A stretch of DNA of 63,987 nucleotides, counting the filler, from NCBI GenBank assembly GCA_964501035.1. It is 9 parts of 9 records of this genome, joined end to end, with 100 filler letters (N's around TTAATTAATTAA, not from the genome) between each part and the next. Parts side by side here need not be neighbours in the genome. Positions count along the whole stretch, not along the records: positions 9,288 to 18,343 come from CAZCRK010000066.1; positions 18,444 to 27,408 come from CAZCRK010000067.1; 7 more parts are not named here. One strand, given 5' to 3'. The notes beneath the pieces were generated by a model, which searched no databases, was not told the DNA's origin, and saw only the letters and a program-made list of their open reading frames with translations. The translations under genes were made by a program, and so were the position numbers. Numbering within the stretch: position 1 is the stretch's first letter; each line of letters opens with the position of its first letter. Shown one piece after another: positions 11,155 through 21,238 of this stretch.

Positions 11155-11878
11155 CCAACATACTGAAATGCCATTTTGGGATCATCTAGAAGAATTAAGA
11201 TGGCGTTTGATAAAAAGTATTATTTTTGTACTTATAGGGGCTTTTATTTCATATTATTATTCTGACAAAATAATGGATTGGTTAATTGTTCCTACGAAAA
11301 ACTTATCTATCGATTTACATTTGCAAGTTTTAAAAGTCACAAGCATGTTTACAATTAAACTGAGTATAGCAATTATGGGTGGATTAGTACTGGGTTTACC
11401 CGCCATTATTTATCAATTTTGGAAATTTATTTCACCTGCATTTGAAAAAAAACATGATATTACATTATTATTTACTTTACTTTTTTCCTCTATATTTTTC
11501 TTAATTGGTATGCTGTTCGGATACAATGTTATTGTTCCATTCAGTTTAGGTTTTTTTACGTCTTTAACTGCTGGTAGTTTAGATATAGCATACAATTTTA
11601 CTTTAGAGGGATACCTGGTATATGTTATGTGGCTACTTTTTGCATGTGGACTTGTATTTCAACTTCCAGTGATTTCTACATTTTTTACACGAATTGGATT
11701 GCTTACAGCAGACGGATTAAGGAGAAACAGAAAATTTGCAATTGTAGTGTTTTTAGTTTTGAGTGCAGTTTTAACACCACCTGATCCATTGAGTCAGGTT
11801 ATGATAGTTGTTCCGTTATTACTACTGTATGAGTTCAGCATTTTTTTAAGTTTGGTAACAAAGAAAAAGTCTAATTAG
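11147..11878 (+). CDS. tatC: Twin-arginine translocase TatC
   Basis: EMPFWDHLEELRWRL, YQFWKFISPA, FQLP, LTPPDPLSQ, LLYE. Confidence 0.96.
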   Translation: MPNQHTEMPFWDHLEELRWRLIKSIIFVLIGAFISYYYSDKIMDWLIVPTKNLSIDLHLQVLKVTSMFTIKLSIAIMGGLVLGLPAIIYQFWKFISPAFEKKHDITLLFTLLFSSIFFLIGMLFGYNVIVPFSLGFFTSLTAGSLDIAYNFTLEGYLVYVMWLLFACGLVFQLPVISTFFTRIGLLTADGLRRNRKFAIVVFLVLSAVLTPPDPLSQVMIVVPLLLLYEFSIFLSLVTKKKSN

Positions 11879-11879
11879 T

Positions 11880-12857
11880 ATGAAGCAGATGTTAGAAAAG
11901 TTGAATAGTCCAATAAAATCTGATATGCAAGAATTTCAAAAATCTTATAAAGATTCATTGAAATCTGATGTAAAGTTGATTGATACAGTTATTCAATATA
12001 TTTCTAAAAGAAAAGGCAAACAATTACGTCCAAGATTATCTCTTTTATCTGCAAGAATGTGTGGAGAACCAAACGAGTTAACCTACAAAGCTGCATCCAT
12101 GGTAGAAATTTTACATGTAGCAACACTTATTCATGATGATGTTGTTGATGATGCAGATTTACGACGAGGATGGCCATCTGTAAATCGAATATGGAAAAAT
12201 AAAATATCAATTTTAGTGGGTGATTTTATGTTCTCGAAAGCACTTGCAAATATGATAAAATTAGATAACCTGAAAGCAATTTCAATACTATCAAATATTT
12301 CTGAAAGATTAAGTGAGGGTGAAATACTCCAAATTGAAAAAGCCATAAAAAAAGATATAACTAAAGACATATATTTCAAAATGGTGAGTGATAAAACAGC
12401 TTGCCTGTTTTCAGCTGCGTGTGAATTGGGAGCTTTAACAACATCTACTGATAAAAAACATCATTCAATTATGGCAGAATTTGGAATGAAGTTAGGCATT
12501 GCATTTCAAATAAAAGATGATTTGTTTGATATTATAGGATCAGTCGCAGATATTGGAAAACCTATTGGCTTTGATGTGAAAAAAAATATGCTTACGCTTC
12601 CCATGATTCATATGTTATCTAAGTATGAAGGAAACAAAAAAAAGCTCATTCAACAGAAGTTGAAAAAAATTGCCAAACGTAAAGATATAAAAAAACTAAG
12701 AGAAATGGTTGAAGCATCAGGTGGAATAGAATATGCTAAAAATCATATTATCAGAATTTCTGATGAAGCAAGACAATTATTAGATGTTTTTCCAAAATCA
12801 GAATACAAAAATGCATTAAATAGTGCGCTAGATTTTAACATTGAACGGATTAAATGA
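11880..12857 (+). CDS. Long-chain polyprenyl diphosphate synthase (IspB/HepT-like)
   Basis: GKQLRP, first Asp-rich motif LIHDDVVDDADLRRG, KTA, second motif FQIKDDLFD. Confidence 0.92.
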   Translation: MKQMLEKLNSPIKSDMQEFQKSYKDSLKSDVKLIDTVIQYISKRKGKQLRPRLSLLSARMCGEPNELTYKAASMVEILHVATLIHDDVVDDADLRRGWPSVNRIWKNKISILVGDFMFSKALANMIKLDNLKAISILSNISERLSEGEILQIEKAIKKDITKDIYFKMVSDKTACLFSAACELGALTTSTDKKHHSIMAEFGMKLGIAFQIKDDLFDIIGSVADIGKPIGFDVKKNMLTLPMIHMLSKYEGNKKKLIQQKLKKIAKRKDIKKLREMVEASGGIEYAKNHIIRISDEARQLLDVFPKSEYKNALNSALDFNIERIK

Positions 12858-13465
12858 TAAAATTTAAACTTAGAAAAAAAATTAGGAAAAAACGCCTTCA
12901 AACTCGGCAAGATAGAATAATGACACTTGCAAATGCAATCAGTATTAGTAGAATTCTAATGTCTGTTCCACTGGTTTCATTTTTAGATAGTATTGCTCAA
13001 AATCCTGAACCCTATAAATACTACTGGGTGTTCGGAATTGTACTTTATATTGCATTTTCAGATTTCTTAGATGGATATGTTGCACGAAAGGCAGACGAAA
13101 TTACAAACTTTGGAAAGTTGATTGATCCTGTTGCGGATAAAATATGCATGATGGTTGTTTTACTCTACTTAATATTTACTTTAAAAACTCCATTTTTAAT
13201 ATTCTTTATATTGCTTTCACTTCGAGATATTTTCCTCATTGTTATCGGTGTCTATTTAATTAATTCTCAAGATGAAGTGTTTCAATCGAATTGGACTGGA
13301 AAATGGTTTGTAGGTATTTCAGCAGCGATGATGGCAGTTTTTGTGTTTGAATTTCCACCGTTTATTCAATGGTCATTGTATACGGTTTCAACTGTATTAA
13401 TGGTTATAAGCACATTCCAATATGTTAAATATTACCTTAGCTATTTTAAAAAGTTAGAAAATTAA
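12854..13465 (+). CDS. CDP-alcohol phosphatidyltransferase (PgsA-like)
   Basis: DFLDGYVARKADEITNFGKLIDPVADK signature; multiple transmembrane segments. Confidence 0.9.
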   Translation: MIKFKLRKKIRKKRLQTRQDRIMTLANAISISRILMSVPLVSFLDSIAQNPEPYKYYWVFGIVLYIAFSDFLDGYVARKADEITNFGKLIDPVADKICMMVVLLYLIFTLKTPFLIFFILLSLRDIFLIVIGVYLINSQDEVFQSNWTGKWFVGISAAMMAVFVFEFPPFIQWSLYTVSTVLMVISTFQYVKYYLSYFKKLEN

Positions 13466-14370
13466 TGATATCAATTTTTAAAAAGACATTTAAAGGCTTA
13501 ACTAAAACCCGAAGTAAGATAGCAAATGCTTTTGTTGGAATAGTAGGCAAAAGTTATTTAAACCCAGAAGATATTGATTCACTTGAAGAAGCATTGCTAC
13601 AATCTGATATGGGTTGGGAATTAACAGATTACATAATTGAAAAAATCGGTGAATCTGACAAAAAAGGGTTAGATTGGACTGAACGATTTTTTCAATTAAT
13701 GACTTCAAAATTAGCTGGCAAGTACAAAGCTAATCCCCTAAAAAAGGTTATTTTGGTTGTTGGTATTAATGGAACAGGAAAAACTACCTCTTCAGCAAAA
13801 TTAGCTGGATATTTTTCTAACAATTCATCTTCAGTATCACTCGTTGCAGCAGATACGTATCGAGCAGCAGCTGTTGAACAAATTCGCCAATGGTCACATA
13901 AGTTAGGCGTGCAACTTGTGGCAAATGAAGGAAGTGCAGATCCGGCATCTGTTGCGTTTGATGGTGTTAAATCTGGATTAACCAATAATATTGAAAAAAT
14001 TATTGTAGATACAGCAGGTAGGTTACACACATCTCCCAATTTAATGAAGGAATTGGAAAAAATTTATCGTGTGTCTCAAAAGCTAACAAATGAGATGTCT
14101 GTCCTTATAACAATTGATGCCAATACAGGCCAAAATGGACTCACCCAGGTGAAAGAGTTTGGAAAATATCTACCAATTGATGGAGTTGTTTTAACTAAAA
14201 TGGATGGAACAGCACGGGGGGGGATTGCAGTTTCTATAATGCATGATTTGAACCTACCTATTTATTTTATGGGGGTAGGAGAACAAATAGATGACTTGAT
14301 TCCTTTTAGTCAAGATGATTATTTAAAAGGGCTTATTGGGTTGGATAAAGAATCGCTAGTCAATGAATAA
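13465..14370 (+). CDS. ftsY: SRP receptor FtsY
   Basis: GINGTGKTTSSAKLA, DTYRAAAVEQ, DTAGRL, TKMDGTARGG, GVGEQIDDL. Confidence 0.96.
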   Translation: MISIFKKTFKGLTKTRSKIANAFVGIVGKSYLNPEDIDSLEEALLQSDMGWELTDYIIEKIGESDKKGLDWTERFFQLMTSKLAGKYKANPLKKVILVVGINGTGKTTSSAKLAGYFSNNSSSVSLVAADTYRAAAVEQIRQWSHKLGVQLVANEGSADPASVAFDGVKSGLTNNIEKIIVDTAGRLHTSPNLMKELEKIYRVSQKLTNEMSVLITIDANTGQNGLTQVKEFGKYLPIDGVVLTKMDGTARGGIAVSIMHDLNLPIYFMGVGEQIDDLIPFSQDDYLKGLIGLDKESLVNE

Positions 14371-15655
14371 AACGGTATCATTAATTAGTTTAGGATGTGC
14401 TAAAAACTTGGTTGACTCTGAGGTATTAGTTGGCGGATTAAAGCACGAAAAATACTCAATTATTACGGACTCAAATGAAGCTGATATTGTGATAATTAAT
14501 ACGTGTGGCTTTTTGGATACTGCACGTGAAGAGTCGATTGAAATTATTTTAGAATCAGTGGAATTGAAAAAGAGTGGAAAAGTTAAACAATTAATTGTGA
14601 TGGGTTGTTTTTCTGAACGATATAGTGATGAACTTGTCAAAGAGTTACCCGAAGTAGATGCTTTCTTTGGCACGAGTGACCATGCTGAAATTCTTTCATT
14701 TATTACGGGTAAAAAATATAATAGAGAAAATCCAGATTACTTTCGTTCACTATTAACACCAAAACATTATGCATACTTAAAGATTGCTGAAGGATGTGAT
14801 AACGGATGTTCATTTTGCTCAATACCCATAATGAGAGGAATGCAAAAAAGCCAATCACTTGAATGGAATGCTTTAGAAGCGCAACGCTTGGCTGATAATG
14901 GTGTAAAAGAATTGTTAATAATTGCTCAAGACTCAACCTCATATGGATGGGATTTAGACCCAAAAGTTCATTTGCATGAGTTAATGCAAGTATTGAATAA
15001 TACAAATGGTATTGAGTGGATTCGTTTGCATTATGCACATCCATCTCATCTGCATAGAGAAATGATAAAACAATTTAATCAATTAGATAAATTAGTTCCA
15101 TACATAGATATTCCTATTCAGCATGGTTCAGATTCAATGCTTCGATCTATGAGGCGTGGTTTAAGTGTAGATGGAATCCGGAAACGATTAGAAACACTTC
15201 GCACTATTTGTTCTGACATTGCAATAAGAACATCTGTGATTGTGGGGTACCCCGGTGAAACAGAAACAGATTTCAAACAATTACTTGATTTTGTTGAAGA
15301 AATTCAATTTGATAGATTGGGTGTGTTCACATATTCTGAGGAGGAGGGTACATATGCAGCAAATGCATTGGATGATAACATTCCCAAGGAAGTTAAAAAT
15401 GAACGATTAGAAGCAGTAATGTTGCTTCAACAGAATATAAATTTACAAAAAAACAAAGAGAGAATTGGTAAAATTGAAAAAGTAATAGTTGATGCTCAAA
15501 TTGAAGAAAATTGGTCATTAGCTCGTTCCTATAGAGATGCACCCGAAGTAGATAATTATGTTAAAATTCCAAAATCTTTACCCGTTGGAGAATTTGTAAA
15601 TGTAAAAATTACTGAAGCATTTGAGTATGATGTAATTGGAGAGGAAGTAGAATGA
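14363..15655 (+). CDS. rimO: Ribosomal protein S12 methylthiotransferase
   Basis: SLGCAKNLVDSE, NTCGF, radical SAM CDNGCSFC, DAPEVD, C-terminal TRAM domain. Confidence 0.95.
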   Translation: MNKTVSLISLGCAKNLVDSEVLVGGLKHEKYSIITDSNEADIVIINTCGFLDTAREESIEIILESVELKKSGKVKQLIVMGCFSERYSDELVKELPEVDAFFGTSDHAEILSFITGKKYNRENPDYFRSLLTPKHYAYLKIAEGCDNGCSFCSIPIMRGMQKSQSLEWNALEAQRLADNGVKELLIIAQDSTSYGWDLDPKVHLHELMQVLNNTNGIEWIRLHYAHPSHLHREMIKQFNQLDKLVPYIDIPIQHGSDSMLRSMRRGLSVDGIRKRLETLRTICSDIAIRTSVIVGYPGETETDFKQLLDFVEEIQFDRLGVFTYSEEEGTYAANALDDNIPKEVKNERLEAVMLLQQNINLQKNKERIGKIEKVIVDAQIEENWSLARSYRDAPEVDNYVKIPKSLPVGEFVNVKITEAFEYDVIGEEVE

Positions 15656-16080
15656 AGAAACAACCCTTTACAATACTTGGAGTAGAACATGTCGCCATTG
15701 CAGTAGAAGATTTAGGTGAATCTGGAAAATTATTTTCTGAGATTCTAGGTATATCAAAATCATCACAAGAAAATATTCAAGATCAAAAAGTTGTTACAGA
15801 TATTTTTGAAACCGGAAATAGTAAAATCGAGTTATTAAAAGCAACCTCCTCAGATTCTCCGATTTCAAATTTTATCAACAAAAGGGGGCAAGGGATACAT
15901 CATATTGCATTCAAAGTCGATGATATTCAATCAGCGTTAGATTACTGTGCTTCTATGGGTATTGTTTTAATAGATAAAGTTCCAAGAATTGGTGCTGAAG
16001 GGTTGCTTATCGCTTTCCTTCATCCTAAATCAACAAATGGTGTGTTAATTGAACTTTGTCAGGAGCCTAAACATGAATAG
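15652..16080 (+). CDS. mce: Methylmalonyl-CoA epimerase
   Basis: EHVAIAV, KIELL, GQGIHHIAF, FLHPKSTNGVLIELCQ. Confidence 0.93.
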   Translation: MKKQPFTILGVEHVAIAVEDLGESGKLFSEILGISKSSQENIQDQKVVTDIFETGNSKIELLKATSSDSPISNFINKRGQGIHHIAFKVDDIQSALDYCASMGIVLIDKVPRIGAEGLLIAFLHPKSTNGVLIELCQEPKHE

Positions 16081-16465
16081 AAAACGATTTATAATGTATA
16101 TTGCTCAATTTCCTTTTTTATCTGCATTGGCAACAATGTTTGGGTTTATTCAACCATCAATACATTACTTGTTAAATCAATTTTCTATAGCAGGATTGCA
16201 ATATTATATAGATAAGAATAAAATAAATACCTTAAAAGAAGGGGATATTATTCAATTACAATCTGACCCTGAAAATGAATATGATAGTTATGCAGTAAAA
16301 TTGCTCAAAAATCAGACATTAATTGGATATGTACCTCGTTCAGATAATAAGCATATTTTCAGATTGTTAAAACAAGGTGTCAATTTGCATTGTGAAATTA
16401 TTGATGTAAACCCAAATGAAGTTGCTTGGAAACAATGTAGAGTTAAGGTAGAATTGGTGGGATAA
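16073..16465 (+). CDS. Stand-alone HIRAN domain protein
   Basis: IAGLQYY, DPENEYDSYAV, IGYVPR HIRAN motifs; start set at ATG 16073. Confidence 0.85.
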   Translation: MNRKRFIMYIAQFPFLSALATMFGFIQPSIHYLLNQFSIAGLQYYIDKNKINTLKEGDIIQLQSDPENEYDSYAVKLLKNQTLIGYVPRSDNKHIFRLLKQGVNLHCEIIDVNPNEVAWKQCRVKVELVG

Positions 16466-16560
16466 CTGATTTTTGTATGAAAAAATATTATAAAATAATC
16501 GTAAATTTTAGACCCGCTGTGGATGGCGATTTAGTTAAAAGAAATTTATAAGGACTTTTT

Positions 16561-16995
16561 ATGGTGAAATGGGATAAAACTACATTTATAAAATGTGCTA
16601 AGGATAATTGTGAACCAAGAATTTCAAATATAATTCTTGATTTAATCAAATTTGCTGAAACAGATGCTGATATTGTTGCATGGGGTAGAGGTGAAGGATA
16701 TGGAACTATGTCATTTAAATGCAAGTCGGACGATTATGGTCTCCTTCCAATTTTTCACTTAACCACAAATGGACAAATAAAATTTCAACTGAATTTTCTT
16801 CGTGGTAAAGTACGTAAAAAAGAAATAATTAGAGATTATCAATTAAAATTGGAATCCAATTTTATGATGGATTTTGACGAAGAAGATTACCCCTCTGATA
16901 TTTTTCACAGTTTGGATGATTTGTTTTGTATTAAATCAGAAGTTGATAAATTTATGCATACAATCAAGGGAATCTCAGCACGCCTACATCAATAA
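16561..16995 (+). CDS. Hypothetical protein
   Basis: 144-aa ORF with AAGGA RBS in operon orientation; no family recognised. Confidence 0.7.
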   Translation: MVKWDKTTFIKCAKDNCEPRISNIILDLIKFAETDADIVAWGRGEGYGTMSFKCKSDDYGLLPIFHLTTNGQIKFQLNFLRGKVRKKEIIRDYQLKLESNFMMDFDEEDYPSDIFHSLDDLFCIKSEVDKFMHTIKGISARLHQ

Positions 16996-17003
16996 TAGTT
17001 AAA

Positions 17004-18343
17004 ATGATTATAAAAACTTTATATGTTAAAACCTTAGAATTTTCTAAGGTTTTTTCTTTCCTTCTATTTTTATCTACAGGTCTGTACTCTCAACAAACTG
17101 GAACTATTCGTGGAACTGTTCATGATTCTGAAACAGCTATTGCATTAGTAGGAGTAAATGTGTTCATTGAAAATTCTAACGTAGGAGATGCAACGGATAT
17201 CGATGGATATTTTGAAATTAATAATATCCCTGTAGGGACTCAACATTTACAAGTTCATATGATAGGGTATGAAGAAAAAACGTACTTAAACCTATTGGTT
17301 TCACAAGCACGCCCGATTGAGTTAGAAATTTCACTCAAACCAAAACCCATTGAAATGGGTGCAGTAGAAGTCAAAGGAAATACATTTAGCAAATCTTCTG
17401 GAGCAACATTGAGTACATTTAATGTAGATCAAGCTGAATTGAGAAGTGATCCTGTTGGTGTTTACGATGTACAACGCATGGTTATTAATTTGCCATCGGT
17501 TTCAACTGCATCAGATCAAGAAAACGAAATTATTGCTCGTGGAGGCCTGCCTGGTGAAAATTTATTTTTAATGGATGGTATTGAAATTTCCAATCCGAAT
17601 CACTTTGGTATGGATGGAGCTGGCGGGGGACCCATTAATATGGTGAATCCTTTATTTGTGCGAGAAATTGAATTTACACCTGGAGCATTTTCTGCAAAAT
17701 ATGGTGATAAAGCAAGTAGTGTGATGGACGTCTCATTAAGAAATGGGTCTCGAAAATCATTTGAATATGATGCAAATGTAAGTATGGCTGGTGCAGGGTT
17801 AAATATCGAAGGTCCTATTGAAAATGGACGAGGTTCTTTTTTAGCAAGTTCAAATTGGAGTTACCTAGATTTAATTTTAACAAGTATTGGTTTAACTGCA
17901 GTACCAAAATATAATAATCACCAATCTAAAATAGTGTATGATTTAGATAAAAATAACCAACTAACATTCAATACCCTTTTAGGATTTGATGCTATCCATA
18001 TTCAAGGTGGCGATGATGTGGTTTCTCGAGGTGCAGAATCTGTTGACCACAAAGGCAATACTATTGTGGCAGGTATTGGATTAAGAACCATCTTAAATTC
18101 AAATAGTTATAGAAAAATATTATTGTCTCAAGTATTTAACAATTATAACAATATTGTATATGATTATCCAGATAAAAGTAATCCGTGGTACACAATAAAT
18201 AATGCAAACAAAGAAACTACTTTCAAATCTGAATGGGTATTTAACTTACGTTGGGGACAACTAATAACGGGAGCTATCATTAAACATAATAACTCAAATT
18301 ATGACGAATGGGCTGAAGCAGATACAATTTATTCTTATGATAC
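17004..18343 (+). CDS. TonB-dependent receptor with N-terminal carboxypeptidase-regulatory-like domain (3' partial)
   Basis: GTIRGTVHDSET...GVNV...TDIDGYFEI; plug motif IIARGG..ENLFLMDGIEISNPNHF; GAFSAKYGDKASSV. Confidence 0.9.
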
Positions 18344-18443
18344 NNNNNNNNNNNNNNNNNNNNNNNNNNNNNNNNNNNNNNNNNNNNTTAATTAATTAAN
18401 NNNNNNNNNNNNNNNNNNNNNNNNNNNNNNNNNNNNNNNNNNN

Positions 18444-18476
18444 ACCCACCAATTTGGCCTCAGCTTCAAGTTTTAA
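18444..18476 (+). CDS. C-terminal strand of an outer-membrane beta-barrel, PorV/PorQ-like (fragment)
   Basis: Reads THQFGLSFKF-stop, an alternating beta-signal ending in Phe; only 10 codons are visible. Confidence 0.45.
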   Translation, partial: THQFGLSFKF

Positions 18477-18574
18477 CGTATTGTTACAAAATTGAACTTT
18501 AATTAATCGGTTTTTAATATTAACTTCGTCTGCGGATAGATAGTAAAATTTTATTTTAATAGAAAGGAAAGAAC

Positions 18575-21238
18575 ATGAAAAAAGTTATTATTAGCTTAAT
18601 TGTTGGTGTTAGTATGAGTATGTTTTTGTTTGCGTTAGAGAAAAACATGCCTTTAGATACTCCAACAGCTTTAAGTACTAGCTCAAATCCACATGCTGTG
18701 GTAATTGAGCAAGACTCTCAAACAATTCAATCAAGTACTAGAGAAGAAATTGAATTATATCACGAAGATTTCGAAGGTGATCTGAGCGGATGGGTATATA
18801 GTTCTGGTTGGGAGTTAACTGAATCAGATTATCATAGTGAAACTCATAGTTTCTTATCTCCAAATACGGATGCTACACAAAATGGAGCATGGGATTTGCT
18901 ATCACCACAAATTGAACTACCTGTAATGGGTGATGGTGAAATCATGCATTTTAAATTCTGGCTAAAAACAGATACGCCAGACGTTGATGGTAATGGTGAT
19001 GATTATTTAGATGATTATTATAGTGTGTCAATAATGGATGTGGATGCTTTGGCGTGGCACGAAACAGATTTTGGTTCATCAGATGGAAGTAACTACTGGT
19101 GTGGTGATGAAGAATTAGAAGGATATATGGATAGCTGGATTCAATTCTTAGATATGCCTGCTGTTACTATTCCAGAATCTGGATATACATTGACCGCAAA
19201 TATGAAGTGGGGAATTGAAGACCCAGCAGGTGCTGTTGTTTCTGGTTCTTGTACGGATGGTTGGGATGCTGCAAATGTGCAAATTTCAACAGATGGCGGT
19301 GAAAACTGGGAATTATTAAACGGTTCGGACCCATACGACTTTGATTGTGGTTATGGTTGGATTTGGAATTCACCTGAATATGATACAGGCGGTTCACTAA
19401 ATCACTTAGCTTCAGGTTGGGGTGGACAACAAGGTTGGCATGATGTATCATTTAATCTAGATGCCTATGCTGGACAAGAAGTTATTGTTCGATTTGCATT
19501 TGGTTCTGACCCTGCATATTCAACAATTGATGATGCAACTTTAACAGGTTTATTTGTAGATGATGTACGAATTGAAGGTGCAACTTCACTATTAGATTGC
19601 TCTGCAAATGCAGAATGTGAAACAAACACAACTGGTGCAGTTTGGGTAGATCAATTTTATGATTATGGTGATGAAACACAACCAGGTTATCAAACTTGGA
19701 CTGAATATCTACCTGGATATCCATTCAATGGAAATGTATTTTTAGATATTAGTGATTTTGCTGGTAAAACAGTTACGTTCCGCTTCCAGTCACGTTATGA
19801 TGAAGATCATGATGGTGGACAAGGAGTTGGTATTTTTATTGATGATTTTACCATTTATAAAGAGTCCAGTGGTAGCTTCCCAGCTCCATGGGATTTAGTA
19901 GGAGAAGGTTTAGATAATGAAGTTGCACTATCTTGGTATGATATGAATGCTTCAGGTTCAGGTGAGATGGCATATGATAATGATTCATTTAATCCTGACG
20001 ATGGTATAATTTTAAGTGGTGATGGGTCTGCGTTTGCTGGTAATGTGATCAGTATTGCTGGTCCTTCAACCGTATACTCTGTTTCTGTAAATAATATTAA
20101 TGCTGCAGGCGCTATAACAACTATTGCAGGTTTTGGTACTATTGGTGCTTTATATAACTCTGAACCAATGTATGAAATGGAAGTTACCATGGATGCTGAA
20201 GGTTGGAATACATTTGATGTTTCTGATTGGGCGTTCAATAATAGTTTTATTATTGCCTATACATTTTCTGCTGATGTTTCAGCAGCCCTTGATGTAACCG
20301 CTGAAGGTGACCAGAGTATGGTCATGCTTGGTGGTGGTTGGGATTCATGGAATGAAACTGCTGCTGAAGCTGGTTTGCCTGCTGGTGTTTGGGGTGTTCG
20401 TGCTGATGTTGTTTGGGATGGTGCTGGTGTAACATACAATGTGTATCGTGATGGTGATGCAATTGCTTCTGGTTTAAGTGATAGCAATTACTCAGATTTT
20501 GATGTTGAAAACAATCTGCCATATGAATATGCAGTAAGTGCTACGTATTCTGAAGGTGATGAATCTGAAGTATCTGCTTCAATTACTGTAATTCCTCAAC
20601 CTCAAACTGTGCATGAGTTATCTCATGATGATGGTTCTGCTGAAGAAGGGTTTAATGCTGGGTCTGGTGATTTTTCTGCTGTGAAATACACTGCAAATGG
20701 ATCTGAAGATTTAGTACGATTCAAATGGTATCAAACCGAAGATGCTGGTGCATTTTACTTGAAAATATTTGCAGATGCAGATGGCATGCCAGGTGATGAA
20801 ATTTATAGTACAGTAGTTGCTGGTGGTTTAGTAATGGGTTGGAACGAGAAAGACCTATCAACAACTGGATTATCTGTAGAAGGTGATTTTTGGATTGGAA
20901 CTAAAGAGTTTAGTTCTACCTCACCATATGGTTTAGATACAAGTTCAGATGCAGGAGTATCATATACTCGTCAAGGTAGTAATGGAAATTGGACTCCAAT
21001 TGCCGGAAACTTAATGCTTCGTATCTTCCTAGATATGGGTGAAATGCCTGAATGTAATTTGGGTGATGTAAATGCTGATGGTGTTATTAATGTATTAGAT
21101 ATCGTTAGTGTTGTTAGTTTTATCATGGTTACAGATACACCAACTGATTCTGAAGCATGTGCTTCTGATATGAATGGTGATGGTGTAATTAATGTTCTAG
21201 ATATTGTTGCCATTGTTGGCGTTATTATGGGTGGATAA
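18575..21238 (+). CDS. Secreted multidomain protein: MAM/cleaved-adhesin-like beta-sandwiches, FN3, C-terminal type I dockerin
   Basis: Signal peptide; VQISTDGGENW...LDAYAGQEVIVRFAF..DDVRI; FN3 YNVYRDG..YEYAVSATY; duplicated GDVNADGVINVLDIV / SDMNGDGVINVLDIV. Confidence 0.85.
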   Translation: MKKVIISLIVGVSMSMFLFALEKNMPLDTPTALSTSSNPHAVVIEQDSQTIQSSTREEIELYHEDFEGDLSGWVYSSGWELTESDYHSETHSFLSPNTDATQNGAWDLLSPQIELPVMGDGEIMHFKFWLKTDTPDVDGNGDDYLDDYYSVSIMDVDALAWHETDFGSSDGSNYWCGDEELEGYMDSWIQFLDMPAVTIPESGYTLTANMKWGIEDPAGAVVSGSCTDGWDAANVQISTDGGENWELLNGSDPYDFDCGYGWIWNSPEYDTGGSLNHLASGWGGQQGWHDVSFNLDAYAGQEVIVRFAFGSDPAYSTIDDATLTGLFVDDVRIEGATSLLDCSANAECETNTTGAVWVDQFYDYGDETQPGYQTWTEYLPGYPFNGNVFLDISDFAGKTVTFRFQSRYDEDHDGGQGVGIFIDDFTIYKESSGSFPAPWDLVGEGLDNEVALSWYDMNASGSGEMAYDNDSFNPDDGIILSGDGSAFAGNVISIAGPSTVYSVSVNNINAAGAITTIAGFGTIGALYNSEPMYEMEVTMDAEGWNTFDVSDWAFNNSFIIAYTFSADVSAALDVTAEGDQSMVMLGGGWDSWNETAAEAGLPAGVWGVRADVVWDGAGVTYNVYRDGDAIASGLSDSNYSDFDVENNLPYEYAVSATYSEGDESEVSASITVIPQPQTVHELSHDDGSAEEGFNAGSGDFSAVKYTANGSEDLVRFKWYQTEDAGAFYLKIFADADGMPGDEIYSTVVAGGLVMGWNEKDLSTTGLSVEGDFWIGTKEFSSTSPYGLDTSSDAGVSYTRQGSNGNWTPIAGNLMLRIFLDMGEMPECNLGDVNADGVINVLDIVSVVSFIMVTDTPTDSEACASDMNGDGVINVLDIVAIVGVIMGG

